A model generated the notes under the pieces. It worked only from the letters and a program-made list of their open reading frames with translations, was not told the origin of the DNA and did no database searches. Positions 48,329 to 58,832 of a stretch of DNA of 64,000 nt are shown here, one piece after another. The DNA lies in contig OZ219858.1 in assembly GCA_964291395.2 (NCBI GenBank), forward strand, positions 576,001 to 640,000. Reading direction: 5' to 3'. The position numbers and the translations under genes are program-made. This DNA comes from Alphaproteobacteria bacterium. Lineage in GTDB: Bacteria; Pseudomonadota; Alphaproteobacteria; UBA2966. The number at the start of each line of letters is the position of its first letter. Positions within the stretch are counted from its first letter, which is position 1.

Positions 48329-49195
48329 TCAGAGCAGGTCGATGACAAGTCCCTCGTGCGCCATCACCGATCCCGGACGCCGGGCTTCCAACTGCTCCGC
48401 TATGCCATCCAGGAAATCGTCAGTGTGATTCGGATCGTGGTGGAACAGGACGAATGTTCTGACATTCGCGGCATCGCAGAGCCGGACTCCCTCCTGCCAG
48501 GTCGAATGTCCCCATCCCACCCGGTTGGAATATTCATCGTCGGTATACATGCCGTCGTAGGCGACGTAGTCGGCGCCTTCAATGAGCCCGAGGATGTTCT
48601 GGTCGAGCCGGTCCTCTGCGTGCTCCGTGTCCGTGAGGTAGCAGAACGACTTCCCCTTGTAGTCGATGCGGTATCCCGTCGCGCGGTTGGGGTGGTTGAG
48701 TTCAGCCGTTCTCACGGAAATTCCCGGTTTGACGTCGACGATCTGGCCTGCGGAAAAGTCGTGGTAGCTCATATTTGCGGCGAAGATCTTCAGGGGCACC
48801 GGAAACAGCGGGGCCATCATCATGCCGATCAAGACCTGTTCAAGCGTCATGTCCGGAAGCAGGTGTCCGGCCCAGATGCGGAACGTGTTATCGGGGTTGT
48901 AGAAAGGATCGAAGAACGGAATGCCGCAGACATGATCGAAATGGGTATGCGTCAAAAACACGTCCGCATCGATGGGTTTGCTCTGATCGAGAGAGCGACC
49001 CAGATAGCGAGCGCCCGTTCCGGCATCCAGTACGATCAGATGCTCGCCGCAGCGAACTTCAAGGCATGACGTGTTTCCACCGTAGCGGGGAGTATCGGGA
49101 TCGGAGCATGGAATGCTTCCGCGAACTCCCCAAAACCTCACGCTGAATACGTCCGAAGCGGCCAAACGCCCCCCTTCGGCCAATGCCCGCACCAC
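48329..49195 (-). CDS. MBL-fold metallohydrolase (RNase Z/PhnP-like phosphodiesterase)
   Basis: FWGVRGS, YGGNTSC, THTHFDH, TDTEH, WGHST, LFHHDP. Confidence 0.9.
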   Translation of the reverse strand: MVRALAEGGRLAASDVFSVRFWGVRGSIPCSDPDTPRYGGNTSCLEVRCGEHLIVLDAGTGARYLGRSLDQSKPIDADVFLTHTHFDHVCGIPFFDPFYNPDNTFRIWAGHLLPDMTLEQVLIGMMMAPLFPVPLKIFAANMSYHDFSAGQIVDVKPGISVRTAELNHPNRATGYRIDYKGKSFCYLTDTEHAEDRLDQNILGLIEGADYVAYDGMYTDDEYSNRVGWGHSTWQEGVRLCDAANVRTFVLFHHDPNHTDDFLDGIAEQLEARRPGSVMAHEGLVIDLL

Positions 49196-49308
49196 GGGTT
49201 GCCCGCGGCATTGTGCCCCACCGCGATATGACGTGAAAGGGCAAAATCGGGAAGGTTGGGGTCCGACCCCAATTCGCTCCGGGACGGTTGAATTGGACCG
49301 GAACCGTT

Positions 49309-49995
49309 CTAGGGAACCAGCCGATAACCGCCGGGTTGAGTGACCAGAATCCGCGCTTCGGACGGATTGCTCTCTATTTTTTGGCGAAGGCGATAGATGT
49401 GCGTTTCAAGCGTGTGGGTCGTCACACCGGTATTGTACCCCCAAACCTCCGACAGAAGCGTATCCCGGGACACGACTCTTGAGCCCGCCCGATAGAGATA
49501 CTTGAGAATAGAAGTCTCCTTCTCCGTCAGGCGGACCTTTTGGCCGCCTTCTTCCTCGGTCAGGAGCTTCGCGCTCGGACGGAATACGAAAGGCCCGATA
49601 TTGAAGACGGCGTCTTCACTCTGTTCATGCTGCCTGAGTTGGGCCCGCATCCGCGCAACCAGAACCCCCATCTTGAACGGCTTGGTAATGTAGTCGTTGG
49701 CACCCGACTCCAATCCCAGGATCGTGTCCGCATCGGAGTCGGCACCGGTCAACATGATGATGGGACACTTGACTCCGGCGCGCCGCATCATCCGGCAAAC
49801 TTCCCGACCATCCAGGTCGGGGAGGCCGATATCGAGCAGCACAAGGTCGTAGTGCCCGCTCTTTACGTCCTCCAGCGCACCGCCGCCGTTGTTCGCGGAC
49901 GTCGTCTGGAATTCCTCGTGCATGTCGAGTTGCTCGGACAACGAGTCACGCAGCGCCTCATCGTCTTCGACCAGTAGAACTCTCTTCGCCGTCAT
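49309..49995 (-). CDS. cenR: OmpR-family response regulator CenR
   Basis: HEQSEDAVF, RLTEKETSILKYLYRAG, VWGYNTGVTTHTLETHIYRLRQKIE match alphaproteobacterial CenR. Confidence 0.85.
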   Translation of the reverse strand: MTAKRVLLVEDDEALRDSLSEQLDMHEEFQTTSANNGGGALEDVKSGHYDLVLLDIGLPDLDGREVCRMMRRAGVKCPIIMLTGADSDADTILGLESGANDYITKPFKMGVLVARMRAQLRQHEQSEDAVFNIGPFVFRPSAKLLTEEEGGQKVRLTEKETSILKYLYRAGSRVVSRDTLLSEVWGYNTGVTTHTLETHIYRLRQKIESNPSEARILVTQPGGYRLVP

Positions 49996-50154
49996 TCGGT
50001 GCCTGCCGTTTCACCCCAAGTCTGCCACCAAGAATGCTACACAAGCCGAAGCCCGACAACCTTCCGAACTTCTGCCCTGAAGACTTGGCGCCGGTCTCGA
50101 AGCTTCCACCGCCCCACGATCTCCCATCGCTTCATTGGTCTATACTGCCGCGCC

Positions 50155-51327
50155 ATGAATGCCCGCGACGAAACGCCGGAACGGCAAATTGACGGAACGC
50201 GCGTATCGCAGCCCCCGCGGACCCGGCCCTCGGCTCGGTCCGTCGGTCGCGCGATCTCGGATATTCGGCGGGGTCTTCCGGTGGTGGTGACGGGCGCCGA
50301 TCAGGAGTTCGCGGTCGCCTTCGCCGCGGAACAAACGACCGACGAGGCGCTCGCCCGGCTCGCGGACTTCGGCGGCAGTTATCCGACCCTCGCGATCACG
50401 CTCGAGCGCGCGGCCGTTCTGCATATTCCACCCACCGGCGCCGATGTGGCTGTCTTGAAGATCAAGGACAAGCTGGACTCGGCCGCCATCAGGGATCTGT
50501 CCGACCCGACGGCGGATCTCGCCAATCCCTTGCGCGGACCGTTCGCGATCGCCGACGCGCCGCCATCGGCGGCGGTCACCGCTGCTGTGGAGTTGTGCAA
50601 ACTTGCCAAGCTGCTTCCGGCGGCGGTGACAACGTCCGTCGCCGGCGGGAGCTCGCCGCATGCCGAGGCCTTCTCGGCAAACAACGATCTGCTCTCAGTA
50701 TCTGCCGAAAGCATCGGCAGGTTCCAGGAAAGCATTGCGGACACACTGATCCAAGTGACATCCGCGCGCGTGCCGTTGGCGGGCTCCGAGATCGCGGAGG
50801 TCATTGCCTTTCGGCCGAGCGACGGTGGGACCGAACACCTTGCCGTCGTCGTCGGCGAGCCTCCCCGCAGCTCCGCCGTGCTGACCCGGCTGCACTCGGA
50901 GTGTTTCACCGGGGACTTGCTTGAATCCTTGCGCTGTGATTGCGGGACCCAGTTGCGCGCCGCCATAGACGTACTGGCGAAGGAAGGGGGCGGCGTGCTG
51001 CTGTACCTCGCGCAGGAAGGCCGCGGCATCGGCCTGATCAACAAGTTGCGTGCCTACCGCCTTCAGGACCAGGGCTTCGACACGTACGACGCCAATGAAC
51101 GATTGGGCTTTGAATTCGATGAACGCATCTTTGAGCCCGCGGCACGGATGCTCGGGCTGCTCGGCGTCTCGCGGGTGCGCCTTCTGACCAACAATCCAAG
51201 AAAGGTCGAGGCACTTCGGCATTGTGGAATCGACGTCGTCGAGCGGGTACCGCACGCCTTCCCGGCCACCGCGCACAACGCCCATTACCTCGACGCGAAA
51301 GCCAAGCGGGCCGGCCACATCCTTTAG
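50155..51327 (+). CDS. ribA: GTP cyclohydrolase II with degenerate N-terminal RibB-like domain
   Basis: RLHSECFTGD, SLRCDCG, QEGRGIGL, LLTNNP. Confidence 0.93.
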   Translation: MNARDETPERQIDGTRVSQPPRTRPSARSVGRAISDIRRGLPVVVTGADQEFAVAFAAEQTTDEALARLADFGGSYPTLAITLERAAVLHIPPTGADVAVLKIKDKLDSAAIRDLSDPTADLANPLRGPFAIADAPPSAAVTAAVELCKLAKLLPAAVTTSVAGGSSPHAEAFSANNDLLSVSAESIGRFQESIADTLIQVTSARVPLAGSEIAEVIAFRPSDGGTEHLAVVVGEPPRSSAVLTRLHSECFTGDLLESLRCDCGTQLRAAIDVLAKEGGGVLLYLAQEGRGIGLINKLRAYRLQDQGFDTYDANERLGFEFDERIFEPAARMLGLLGVSRVRLLTNNPRKVEALRHCGIDVVERVPHAFPATAHNAHYLDAKAKRAGHIL

Positions 51328-51344
51328 ACCAACCCCCTCGATCG

Positions 51345-51521
51345 TCTCCCGCCGACGCGCAGTGGGGCGTCGGGTCCGCTCTGCTTGATCGTCTGACCCA
51401 ACGCTGGACGGACGCCGCCTACCGCCAGATGGCAGCCATCATCGGCGACTCCGCGAACGATGCCTCGATCAAACTGCACAAACGCGCCGGGTTCCGCCGT
51501 ATCGGTACCCTGCGATCGGGT
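51345..51521 (+). pseudogene. Scrap of GNAT N-acetyltransferase (phosphinothricin acetyltransferase-like)
   Basis: GVGSALL...YRQMAAIIGDSANDASIKLHKRAGF; no N-terminus. Confidence 0.75.
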
Positions 51522-51546
51522 GCAACCGTCGGCCCGCGCAATAGCC

Positions 51547-52722
51547 CTATACGGGCGGGCGGTCGTATCCGGTCATGGAACCGGAGCGACGGCGCTGGTC
51601 GTATTCGATCAGGCGCACGGGCTTGCGCTTGCGGCCCCAGCCCCCGGGCGAACCATCATAAACGCCTGAAATTGCCATGCTGCAGGAGCGGCAGCGGCCC
51701 TTATCGTCGAGGTTCCAACGGGTCAACCTATACCAGTCACGTCCGATGACCATGTCGCCGCAGCACGGACAGTAGGTCGAACTGCAGGCTTCGTCGTGTA
51801 CGTTTCCGACGTACACGTGGTGGAGCCCGTTCCGCAGCGCAATGTCACGGGCACGGAGCAATGCCTTGTGTGGCGTGCGCGGCTTGTTGCGCATGCGATA
51901 GTCCGGATGGAAGGCCGTGAAGTGCAGCGGCACGTCAGTGCCGAGATTGTCGAGGAACCACCGCGTCATATTGTCGATCTCTTCGGGCGAGTCGTTTTCG
52001 CCGGGAATGAGAAGGGTCGTGACCTCGAACCACACATCGGTCTTGTTGCGCAGATAGATCAGCGTGTCGAGCACACGCGCAAGCTCTCCGGTGCAGAGCC
52101 TGTGATAGAAGTCCTCGGTGAACGCTTTGAGGTCGACGTTGGCGGCGTCTATGTAGGTGTAGAACTCCTCGCGCGCCTCCGGCGCCATATAACCGGCCGT
52201 CACCGCCACCGATTTCACACCGACCGCGTGGCAGGCCTTGGCAACGTCGATCGCGTACTCCAAAAAGATCGTTGGATCGTTGTAGGTGTAGGCCACGGAG
52301 CGGCAGCCGAGGTGCAAAGCCGCCTCTGCCAGCGTCTCCGGCGCGGCCGCGTCCGCCAGTGTATCGATCTCGCGCGACTTGCTGATGTCCCAATTCTGAC
52401 AGAATTTGCACGTGAGATTGCAGCCCGCCGTGCCAAACGACAGCACGGGTGTTCCCGGCAGGAACTGGTTCAACGGCTTCTTCTCGATCGGATCGACGCA
52501 GAATCCGCTCGACCGGCCATAGGTCGTGAGCACCATGCGTCCGCCCGAGTTCGCGCGCACGAAGCAGAGTCCGCGTTGGCCGTTCCTGAGCCTACAGAAG
52601 CGGGGGCAGATGTCGCACTGGATACGTCCGTCCCCGAGCGCATGCCAGTGGCGCCCGTCGGCACCCGTGATCACATCTTCGGCTATCGCAGCATCTCTCA
52701 TGATTCTGTCGGCGAGCACCAT
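51547..52722 (-). CDS. amrS: AmmeMemoRadiSam system radical SAM enzyme
   Basis: CNLTCKFCQNW, DPIEKKPL, additional N- and C-terminal Cys clusters. Confidence 0.93.
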   Translation of the reverse strand: MVLADRIMRDAAIAEDVITGADGRHWHALGDGRIQCDICPRFCRLRNGQRGLCFVRANSGGRMVLTTYGRSSGFCVDPIEKKPLNQFLPGTPVLSFGTAGCNLTCKFCQNWDISKSREIDTLADAAAPETLAEAALHLGCRSVAYTYNDPTIFLEYAIDVAKACHAVGVKSVAVTAGYMAPEAREEFYTYIDAANVDLKAFTEDFYHRLCTGELARVLDTLIYLRNKTDVWFEVTTLLIPGENDSPEEIDNMTRWFLDNLGTDVPLHFTAFHPDYRMRNKPRTPHKALLRARDIALRNGLHHVYVGNVHDEACSSTYCPCCGDMVIGRDWYRLTRWNLDDKGRCRSCSMAISGVYDGSPGGWGRKRKPVRLIEYDQRRRSGSMTGYDRPPV

Positions 52723-52940
52723 TCTACCCGATATGCGAGAGCGCGGAGGTAGTTTTTGAAGAGATGCCGACGCCGCTACGCCTGCCTGGAACCAGAGGTT
52801 TGCCGGTAACCGCTGTCGCCGCGGTCTAGCTAGGCAGGACTATATTTGGCACATCCGGGGGTGGTCATTAGAGTGACGCGACTCCCATCCACATTGGGGA
52901 CTCCCGCTGGTCGACGATGACCGCAAACAGGACAGGGATC

Positions 52941-54338
52941 ATGGCCACCCAAGAGACCTTCGAGCACATCCGTTCGCCTGCGGTCGCGGGTTTCTTCTAT
53001 CCGGAGGATCCCGGTGAACTGCGCGCCACGGTGGAAGCCTATCTGGCCGATGCCCGACAGACCAACCTCGAAGATCCGGATACGCCTTGGCCCAAGGCCG
53101 TGATCGCACCCCACGCAGGCTACGTCTATTCCGGCCCCGTCGCCGCCTCCGTCTATGCACGGCTCGAAGCGGCCCGCGAGACCGTGGAACGGGTCGTTCT
53201 GCTGGGACCATCGCATCGCATCGGCTTCACCGGCCTCGCCGTTTCCAGCGCCGAAGCCTACGTCACGCCCCTCGGTCCCATACCGATCGACGCACACGCC
53301 ATCGCCCAAGTCGCCGGGTTCAAACAGGTTCGGCTCATGGACGAAGCCCACGCTCAGGAGCATAGCCTAGAGGTGCACCTCCCCTTCCTCCAGACGGTGC
53401 TCCGAGACTTTCAACTCGTTCCGGTCGTGGTCGGGGACGTGGCGCCCGACGATGTCGCACGCGCACTCGACGCCCTGTGGGGCGGCCCGGAGACCCTGAT
53501 CGTCATCAGTTCGGACCTCAGCCACTATCATGACTACGCCACGGCGAACGAAATGGATAGCGCAACATGTCGTGCCATCCAGATGCTGCAGATGGATGGA
53601 GTGACCACTCAGGGCGCCTGCGGCGGACGTCCCATCCGTGGGCTGATGGCGCTCGCCCGATGCCGGGATCTGCGTATCACACTCGTAGACCTGCGCAATT
53701 CGGGCGATACCGCGGGTCCTCGCGACAAAGTCGTGGGTTATGGCTCGTTCATCGTCGAAGAAGGTGAGCGCCAGCACCTGTCCGCACGGTTTCGCAAGCA
53801 TCTCGGCGATATCGCCCATCGGGCCATTCGAACGGGACTGTCGACCGGAAAGGAACTCAACCTGTCCGCCTCCATGCTGTCGCCACGGCTGTCGGCACCC
53901 CGTGCCAGCTTCGTGACGCTGGAGCGGGACGGTTGCCTGCGGGGCTGTATCGGATCGCTCTTTCCGCATCAGCCGTTGGCCACCGACGTCGCCAAAAACG
54001 CCTTTCGCGCGGCGTTCAAGGATCCGAGGTTCGAACCGCTTACCGAAGACGAATACGAGGGCATCGATCTGACTATTTCGATCCTGAGTGCTCCCGTCCC
54101 GCTGAAGTTTGCGTCGGAGGAAGACTTGATCGGCAAACTGAGGCCCGGCATCGACGGCCTTGTCCTGGAAGACGGGAAAAAACGGGGCACCTTCTTGCCG
54201 CGGGTCTGGAAGCACCACCCCGAGGCATCCGTATTCCTTCGTCACCTGAAGGCGAAGGCAGGGCTCGAGCCGGACTATTGGGCGGACACCCTCAGAGTCT
54301 GGCGCTACATCACGGAGTCCTTCGTACCGGCAATGTAA
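52941..54338 (+). CDS. amrB: AmmeMemoRadiSam protein B (MEMO1) fused to protein A (AMMECR1)
   Basis: PAVAGFFYP, PHAGYVYSG, EHSLEV, SSDLSHY; C-terminal LRGCIG, DPRF, GTFLP. Confidence 0.92.
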   Translation: MATQETFEHIRSPAVAGFFYPEDPGELRATVEAYLADARQTNLEDPDTPWPKAVIAPHAGYVYSGPVAASVYARLEAARETVERVVLLGPSHRIGFTGLAVSSAEAYVTPLGPIPIDAHAIAQVAGFKQVRLMDEAHAQEHSLEVHLPFLQTVLRDFQLVPVVVGDVAPDDVARALDALWGGPETLIVISSDLSHYHDYATANEMDSATCRAIQMLQMDGVTTQGACGGRPIRGLMALARCRDLRITLVDLRNSGDTAGPRDKVVGYGSFIVEEGERQHLSARFRKHLGDIAHRAIRTGLSTGKELNLSASMLSPRLSAPRASFVTLERDGCLRGCIGSLFPHQPLATDVAKNAFRAAFKDPRFEPLTEDEYEGIDLTISILSAPVPLKFASEEDLIGKLRPGIDGLVLEDGKKRGTFLPRVWKHHPEASVFLRHLKAKAGLEPDYWADTLRVWRYITESFVPAM

Positions 54339-54507
54339 CGTCACCTATTCGAGACATTTCTGTTCCTCGGCATAACAGCTCTCCTCACGCTTTACGGGAT
54401 TCTCAATCTTGAATATTGAGTGACTCGAATCCACCCGGATCTGTCGCCAATCTCGGAAAGTTCCTAGGAGAACGACACAATCATATTGATTCCAATAGAA
54501 AATTTCC

Positions 54508-54536
54508 TTGACAACGGATTCCACTTTGCTCATTTT
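54508..54536 (+). promoter_or_regulatory. Putative sigma70 promoter of the M23 gene
   Basis: TTGACA-N17-CATTTT in an AT-rich intergenic region. Confidence 0.45.
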
Positions 54537-54602
54537 TGCGTAGCTTAGTTTTCACTCCCTGGAATCGTACAAAGGGTCGACACCGGGAGACGCTCATCAG
54601 AC

Positions 54603-56057
54603 ATGGCCAGAACGCACCGAGCCCGTCGGTTCAGGCGTAATGCTCGACGCATTGACGGTTTCCGCGTAAGAAGGTTCACCGTCTATGGCATAATCTTCGG
54701 CCTTGGCATCTTCGTAGCGTTGGCAACCACACTAGACCTGCCGACGTTGGACAGTGCGACCGACCCGACCGACCGCCCTGCGGACTTGGTCACCGCTCCC
54801 GATTCCTATGCGGATCCGCCATCGGATCGTGCCGCTTCGCCCGAAGGCGAGGACGCTGCCTCGGTCGAACTGGAACCGGCCGTCGCGCCTGCGGCGGACC
54901 CCGAGCCCACCATCGAGGAGCGGCACATCACCGTGCGCCGCGGCGATACGTTGATGAAGGTGCTGCGCCGGACCGGTGCCGAACATGACGAAGCTCATAC
55001 CGCGATTACGGCGCTCAAAACGATTTTCGATCCGCGACGCCTCATGGTGGGGCAGAAACTGACGGCGTCGTTCCGGCGCTCCGAGTCCTCGGACAACAAG
55101 TCAAAGAAGACTGGGGAACTCATGTCGGTGATGGTGAAGCTCGACGTCGAGCGCAGCGTCGCTGCAAACCGGGTAGAAGACGGATTCGAAGCCACGGAGA
55201 TCGTGCGGTCTTTCGAACCCGCCTTCGTCAGAGGCATCGGCCGGATCGACGACAGTCTGTTCGTTTCCGCCCGGCGCGCGGGCGTCCCCGCACAAATTAT
55301 CATGAATCTCATCCGCATGTTCAGCTGGGACGTCGACTTCCAGCGGGAGATCCGGCGCGGTGACCGCTTCGAAATCCTTTTCGAAACATTCAGAGATAAC
55401 GACGGTCGACCTGTGAAGAACGGCGACATTCTGTTCGCGTCTCTTTCGTTGAGCGGCGCAGACCTACGGCTCTACCGCTTCGCCACCAGTGATGGCGTCG
55501 TCGACTACTACGATCCCAAGGGGCAGAGTGCCCGCAAAGCCCTGATGAAGACCCCGGTAGACGGCGCGCGGCTGTCATCGCGCTACGGCAAGCGGCGCCA
55601 TCCAATCCTCGGTTACAACATGATGCATCGTGGGATCGACTTCGCAGCGCCCAGAGGCACCCCGATCATGGCTGCGGGCGACGGCGTCGTTGAGCGCGCC
55701 AGCCGCTACGGCGCCTACGGCAAGTACGTCCGCATCCGCCACAACAACACCTACAAGACCGCTTACGCTCATCTGAAAAGCTATGCCAAAGGCGTGAGAG
55801 CGGGGAAACGGGTCCGGCAAGGACAGATCATCGGATACGTGGGTTCAACTGGAAGATCGACCGGACCTCATCTGCACTATGAGATCCACCGGAACGGCAA
55901 GCAGATAAACCCGCTGCGCCTGAAGCTGCCGACGGGCAGGAAACTCAAGGGACGCGAGCTCGCCCGTTTCCTTGAAGAGAAGGCCAGCATCGATGTCGCG
56001 CTGAACGAAACACCGGCACTATCCCGCCTCGCGCAGGCCGACACCGGGGCCGAGTAG
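54603..56057 (+). CDS. M23-family peptidoglycan DD-endopeptidase (MepM-like)
   Basis: N-terminal TM, LysM-like segment, HRGID and STGPHLHYE Zn motifs. Confidence 0.92.
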   Translation: MARTHRARRFRRNARRIDGFRVRRFTVYGIIFGLGIFVALATTLDLPTLDSATDPTDRPADLVTAPDSYADPPSDRAASPEGEDAASVELEPAVAPAADPEPTIEERHITVRRGDTLMKVLRRTGAEHDEAHTAITALKTIFDPRRLMVGQKLTASFRRSESSDNKSKKTGELMSVMVKLDVERSVAANRVEDGFEATEIVRSFEPAFVRGIGRIDDSLFVSARRAGVPAQIIMNLIRMFSWDVDFQREIRRGDRFEILFETFRDNDGRPVKNGDILFASLSLSGADLRLYRFATSDGVVDYYDPKGQSARKALMKTPVDGARLSSRYGKRRHPILGYNMMHRGIDFAAPRGTPIMAAGDGVVERASRYGAYGKYVRIRHNNTYKTAYAHLKSYAKGVRAGKRVRQGQIIGYVGSTGRSTGPHLHYEIHRNGKQINPLRLKLPTGRKLKGRELARFLEEKASIDVALNETPALSRLAQADTGAE

Positions 56058-56087
56058 CCCACCCTCTGCTTCGAGGTTCGGTGGACC

Positions 56088-58676
56088 TTATGCCGCCTGT
56101 ACCAATTCGTCATTCACGATCAGGCCGCCGTCTCCGGCAGTGACCTTGACGGCATCGCCTTCGCCGATCTCCCCCTCGAGAATCATGCTGGCCAGAACGT
56201 TCTGAAGCTGCCGCTGGATCGCGCGCTTGAGAGGCCGGGCGCCATAGACCGGATCGTAGCCCGCGTTGGCCAGCCAGGTCCGGCCGGCCTCTTCGATTTC
56301 GAGCGTTATGTTGCGCTCCTTGAGCAACGACTGCAGCGAACGGAGCTGAATGTCGACAATGCCCGTCATGTCGGTGCGACTGAGACGGTGGAACAAGATG
56401 ATCTCGTCGAGACGATTGAGGAACTCGGGCCGGAACGCCGCCCGCACCACCTCCATCACCTGTTCCCGCGCCGATTCCACGTCTTCCCCGTCCGCCAGAG
56501 TCGCCAAGTGATCGGAACCGAGGTTCGAGGTCAGGATGATCAGTGTATTTCGGAAATCGACCGTGCGGCCATGTCCGTCCGTCAAGCGCCCGTCATCGAG
56601 CACCTGGAGCAGCACATTGAACACGTCGGGATGGGCCTTTTCGATCTCGTCGAACAGGATCACCTGATAGGGGCGGCGGCGAACCACCTCGGTCAGGGCA
56701 CCCCCCTCCTCGTACCCGACGTAGCCGGGCGGCGCCCCGATGAGGCGCGCGACGGCATGCCTTTCCATGTACTCGGACATGTCGATACGGACCATGGCTT
56801 GCTCATCGTCGAACAAGCGCTCCGCCAGCGCCTTCGTGAGCTCAGTCTTGCCGACACCGGTCGGTCCCAGAAACAGGAAGGAACCGATCGGCCGGTGGGA
56901 GTCCTGAAGACCCGCCCGGGCACGACGTACGGCATTCGCCACGGCACCGACAGCCTCCTCCTGACCGACAACGCGCTGGGCCAGTTCGGATTCCAGCCCA
57001 AGGAGCTTTTCGCGTTCGCCTTCCAGCAACTTGTCGACCGGCACCCCGGTCCAGCGCGCAACGACATTCGCGATATCTTCGGCGGTGACCTCCTCCCGCA
57101 TGATCTGCTGTTCGTCTTCCGCCTCGGCGCTCGCCAGGCTTTTCTCGAGTTCCGGAATGACTCCGTATACCAGTTCCCCGGCCCGCGCGAGATCGCCATC
57201 CCGTTGGGCACGCTCCAATTCGTTACGGGCGGCGTCAAGCTGCTCCTTGGCCTTCTGAGCCCCAGCCAGCTTGTCCTTTTGGGCCTGCCATTTCGCGGTC
57301 AACGCAGCGCTGGACTGCTCGAGCTCGGCGAGTTCCTTCTCGAGCCGTTGCAGCCGTTCGTGGGACGCCGAGTCGTCCTCTTTCTTGAGAGCTTCGCGCT
57401 CGATCTTGAGCTGGATGATGCGACGGTCAAGCTCGTCGATCTCTTCAGGCTTGGAATCCACTTCCATGCGCCGCCGACTGGTAGCCTCATCGACGAGATC
57501 GATGGCCTTGTCGGGCAGGAATCGGTCCGTGATGTAGCGGTTCGACAGCGTCGCGGCGGCGACGATCGCACCGTCGGTGATGCGGACACCGTGATGAAGC
57601 TCGTACTTCTCCTTCAACCCGCGCAGGATGGAAACGGAGTCCTCGACGGTCGGTTCCGTGACGAATACGGATTGGAAACGACGGGCCAGCGCACCGTCCT
57701 TCTCGACATGCTTGCGATATTCATCGAGCGTGGTGGCACCGACACAATGCAGCTCGCCACGCGCCAAAGCCGGTTTCAACAGGTTGGACGCATCCACCGC
57801 GCCTTCGGCCGCGCCCGCGCCGATGAGGGTGTGCATCTCGTCGATGAACAGGATGACGTCGCCAGCCGCCTGAATTTCGGAAAGCACAGCTTTCAAGCGT
57901 TCTTCGAACTCACCCCGGAACTTAGCGCCCGCGATCAAGGCACCGAGATCAAGGGCCATCAGACGCTTGTTTCGGAGCGACTCCGGAACGTCCCGATTGA
58001 CGATTCGTTGTGCCAATCCTTCGATGATGGCCGTCTTGCCAACGCCAGGCTCGCCGATCAGAACCGGATTGTTCTTCGTCCGCCGCGACAGCACCTGAAT
58101 CGTACGCCGTATCTCTTCGTCGCGACCGATGACCGGATCGAGCTTGCCCTGAGTCGCATCGTCCGTGAGATCGCGGGCAAATCTCTTCAGAGCCTCGAAG
58201 GTATCCTCGGCGCCCGCGGTGTCGGCGGTGCGCCCCTTCCGCATATCGGAGATGGCGAAGTCGAGCGCTTGAGGCGTGACGCCGGCATCTCCCAGAATTT
58301 TGGCCGCTCCCGTTCTCGTTGCCACCGCGAGCGCCAGAAGCAAGCGTTCGACAGTGACATAGGTGTCGCCCGCCTTTCCTGCGAGTTGCTCCGCCGACTC
58401 GAAAAGGCGCGCGGTCTCCGGCGCGAGATACACCTGCCCGGCACCCGACCCCTCAACCTTGGGAAGCTTGGCGAGGGTCGCCTCGACACCATTCCGAGCT
58501 TTCCTGGCGTCACCACCTGCGCTGCCGATGAGATTGACGCACAGACCTTCCCCGTCGTCGAGCAGCACCTTCAAGAGATGCTCTGGCGTAAAGCGTTGAT
58601 GACCGGAGCGAAGCGCCAGACCTTGCGCGGCCTGGATGAACCCTTTGGACCGCTCGGTATAGGTCTCAAAATCCAT
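56088..58676 (-). CDS. clpB: ATP-dependent chaperone ClpB
   Basis: [21 protein letters not shown], middle coiled coil, GPTGVGKT. Confidence 0.98.
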   Translation of the reverse strand: MDFETYTERSKGFIQAAQGLALRSGHQRFTPEHLLKVLLDDGEGLCVNLIGSAGGDARKARNGVEATLAKLPKVEGSGAGQVYLAPETARLFESAEQLAGKAGDTYVTVERLLLALAVATRTGAAKILGDAGVTPQALDFAISDMRKGRTADTAGAEDTFEALKRFARDLTDDATQGKLDPVIGRDEEIRRTIQVLSRRTKNNPVLIGEPGVGKTAIIEGLAQRIVNRDVPESLRNKRLMALDLGALIAGAKFRGEFEERLKAVLSEIQAAGDVILFIDEMHTLIGAGAAEGAVDASNLLKPALARGELHCVGATTLDEYRKHVEKDGALARRFQSVFVTEPTVEDSVSILRGLKEKYELHHGVRITDGAIVAAATLSNRYITDRFLPDKAIDLVDEATSRRRMEVDSKPEEIDELDRRIIQLKIEREALKKEDDSASHERLQRLEKELAELEQSSAALTAKWQAQKDKLAGAQKAKEQLDAARNELERAQRDGDLARAGELVYGVIPELEKSLASAEAEDEQQIMREEVTAEDIANVVARWTGVPVDKLLEGEREKLLGLESELAQRVVGQEEAVGAVANAVRRARAGLQDSHRPIGSFLFLGPTGVGKTELTKALAERLFDDEQAMVRIDMSEYMERHAVARLIGAPPGYVGYEEGGALTEVVRRRPYQVILFDEIEKAHPDVFNVLLQVLDDGRLTDGHGRTVDFRNTLIILTSNLGSDHLATLADGEDVESAREQVMEVVRAAFRPEFLNRLDEIILFHRLSRTDMTGIVDIQLRSLQSLLKERNITLEIEEAGRTWLANAGYDPVYGARPLKRAIQRQLQNVLASMILEGEIGEGDAVKVTAGDGGLIVNDELVQAA

Positions 58677-58802
58677 AATGATGCCCCAACAATGTCAGGC
58701 CCAATGTGAAATCACCGTCCGCGAAATGGCCCGGTCGTACGCTCCAGCATCGCAGCCCCGAATCAAATGACCGAGATGCGACAGCTGCAACGGCACTGCC
58801 TC

Positions 58803-58832
58803 ATATGTAGTGTTGCTCAATTGTCACACAAG
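58803..58832 (-). promoter_or_regulatory. Putative RpoH (sigma32) promoter of clpB
   Basis: CTTGTG-N16-CTACATAT on minus strand, similar to the alphaproteobacterial RpoH consensus. Confidence 0.55.
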
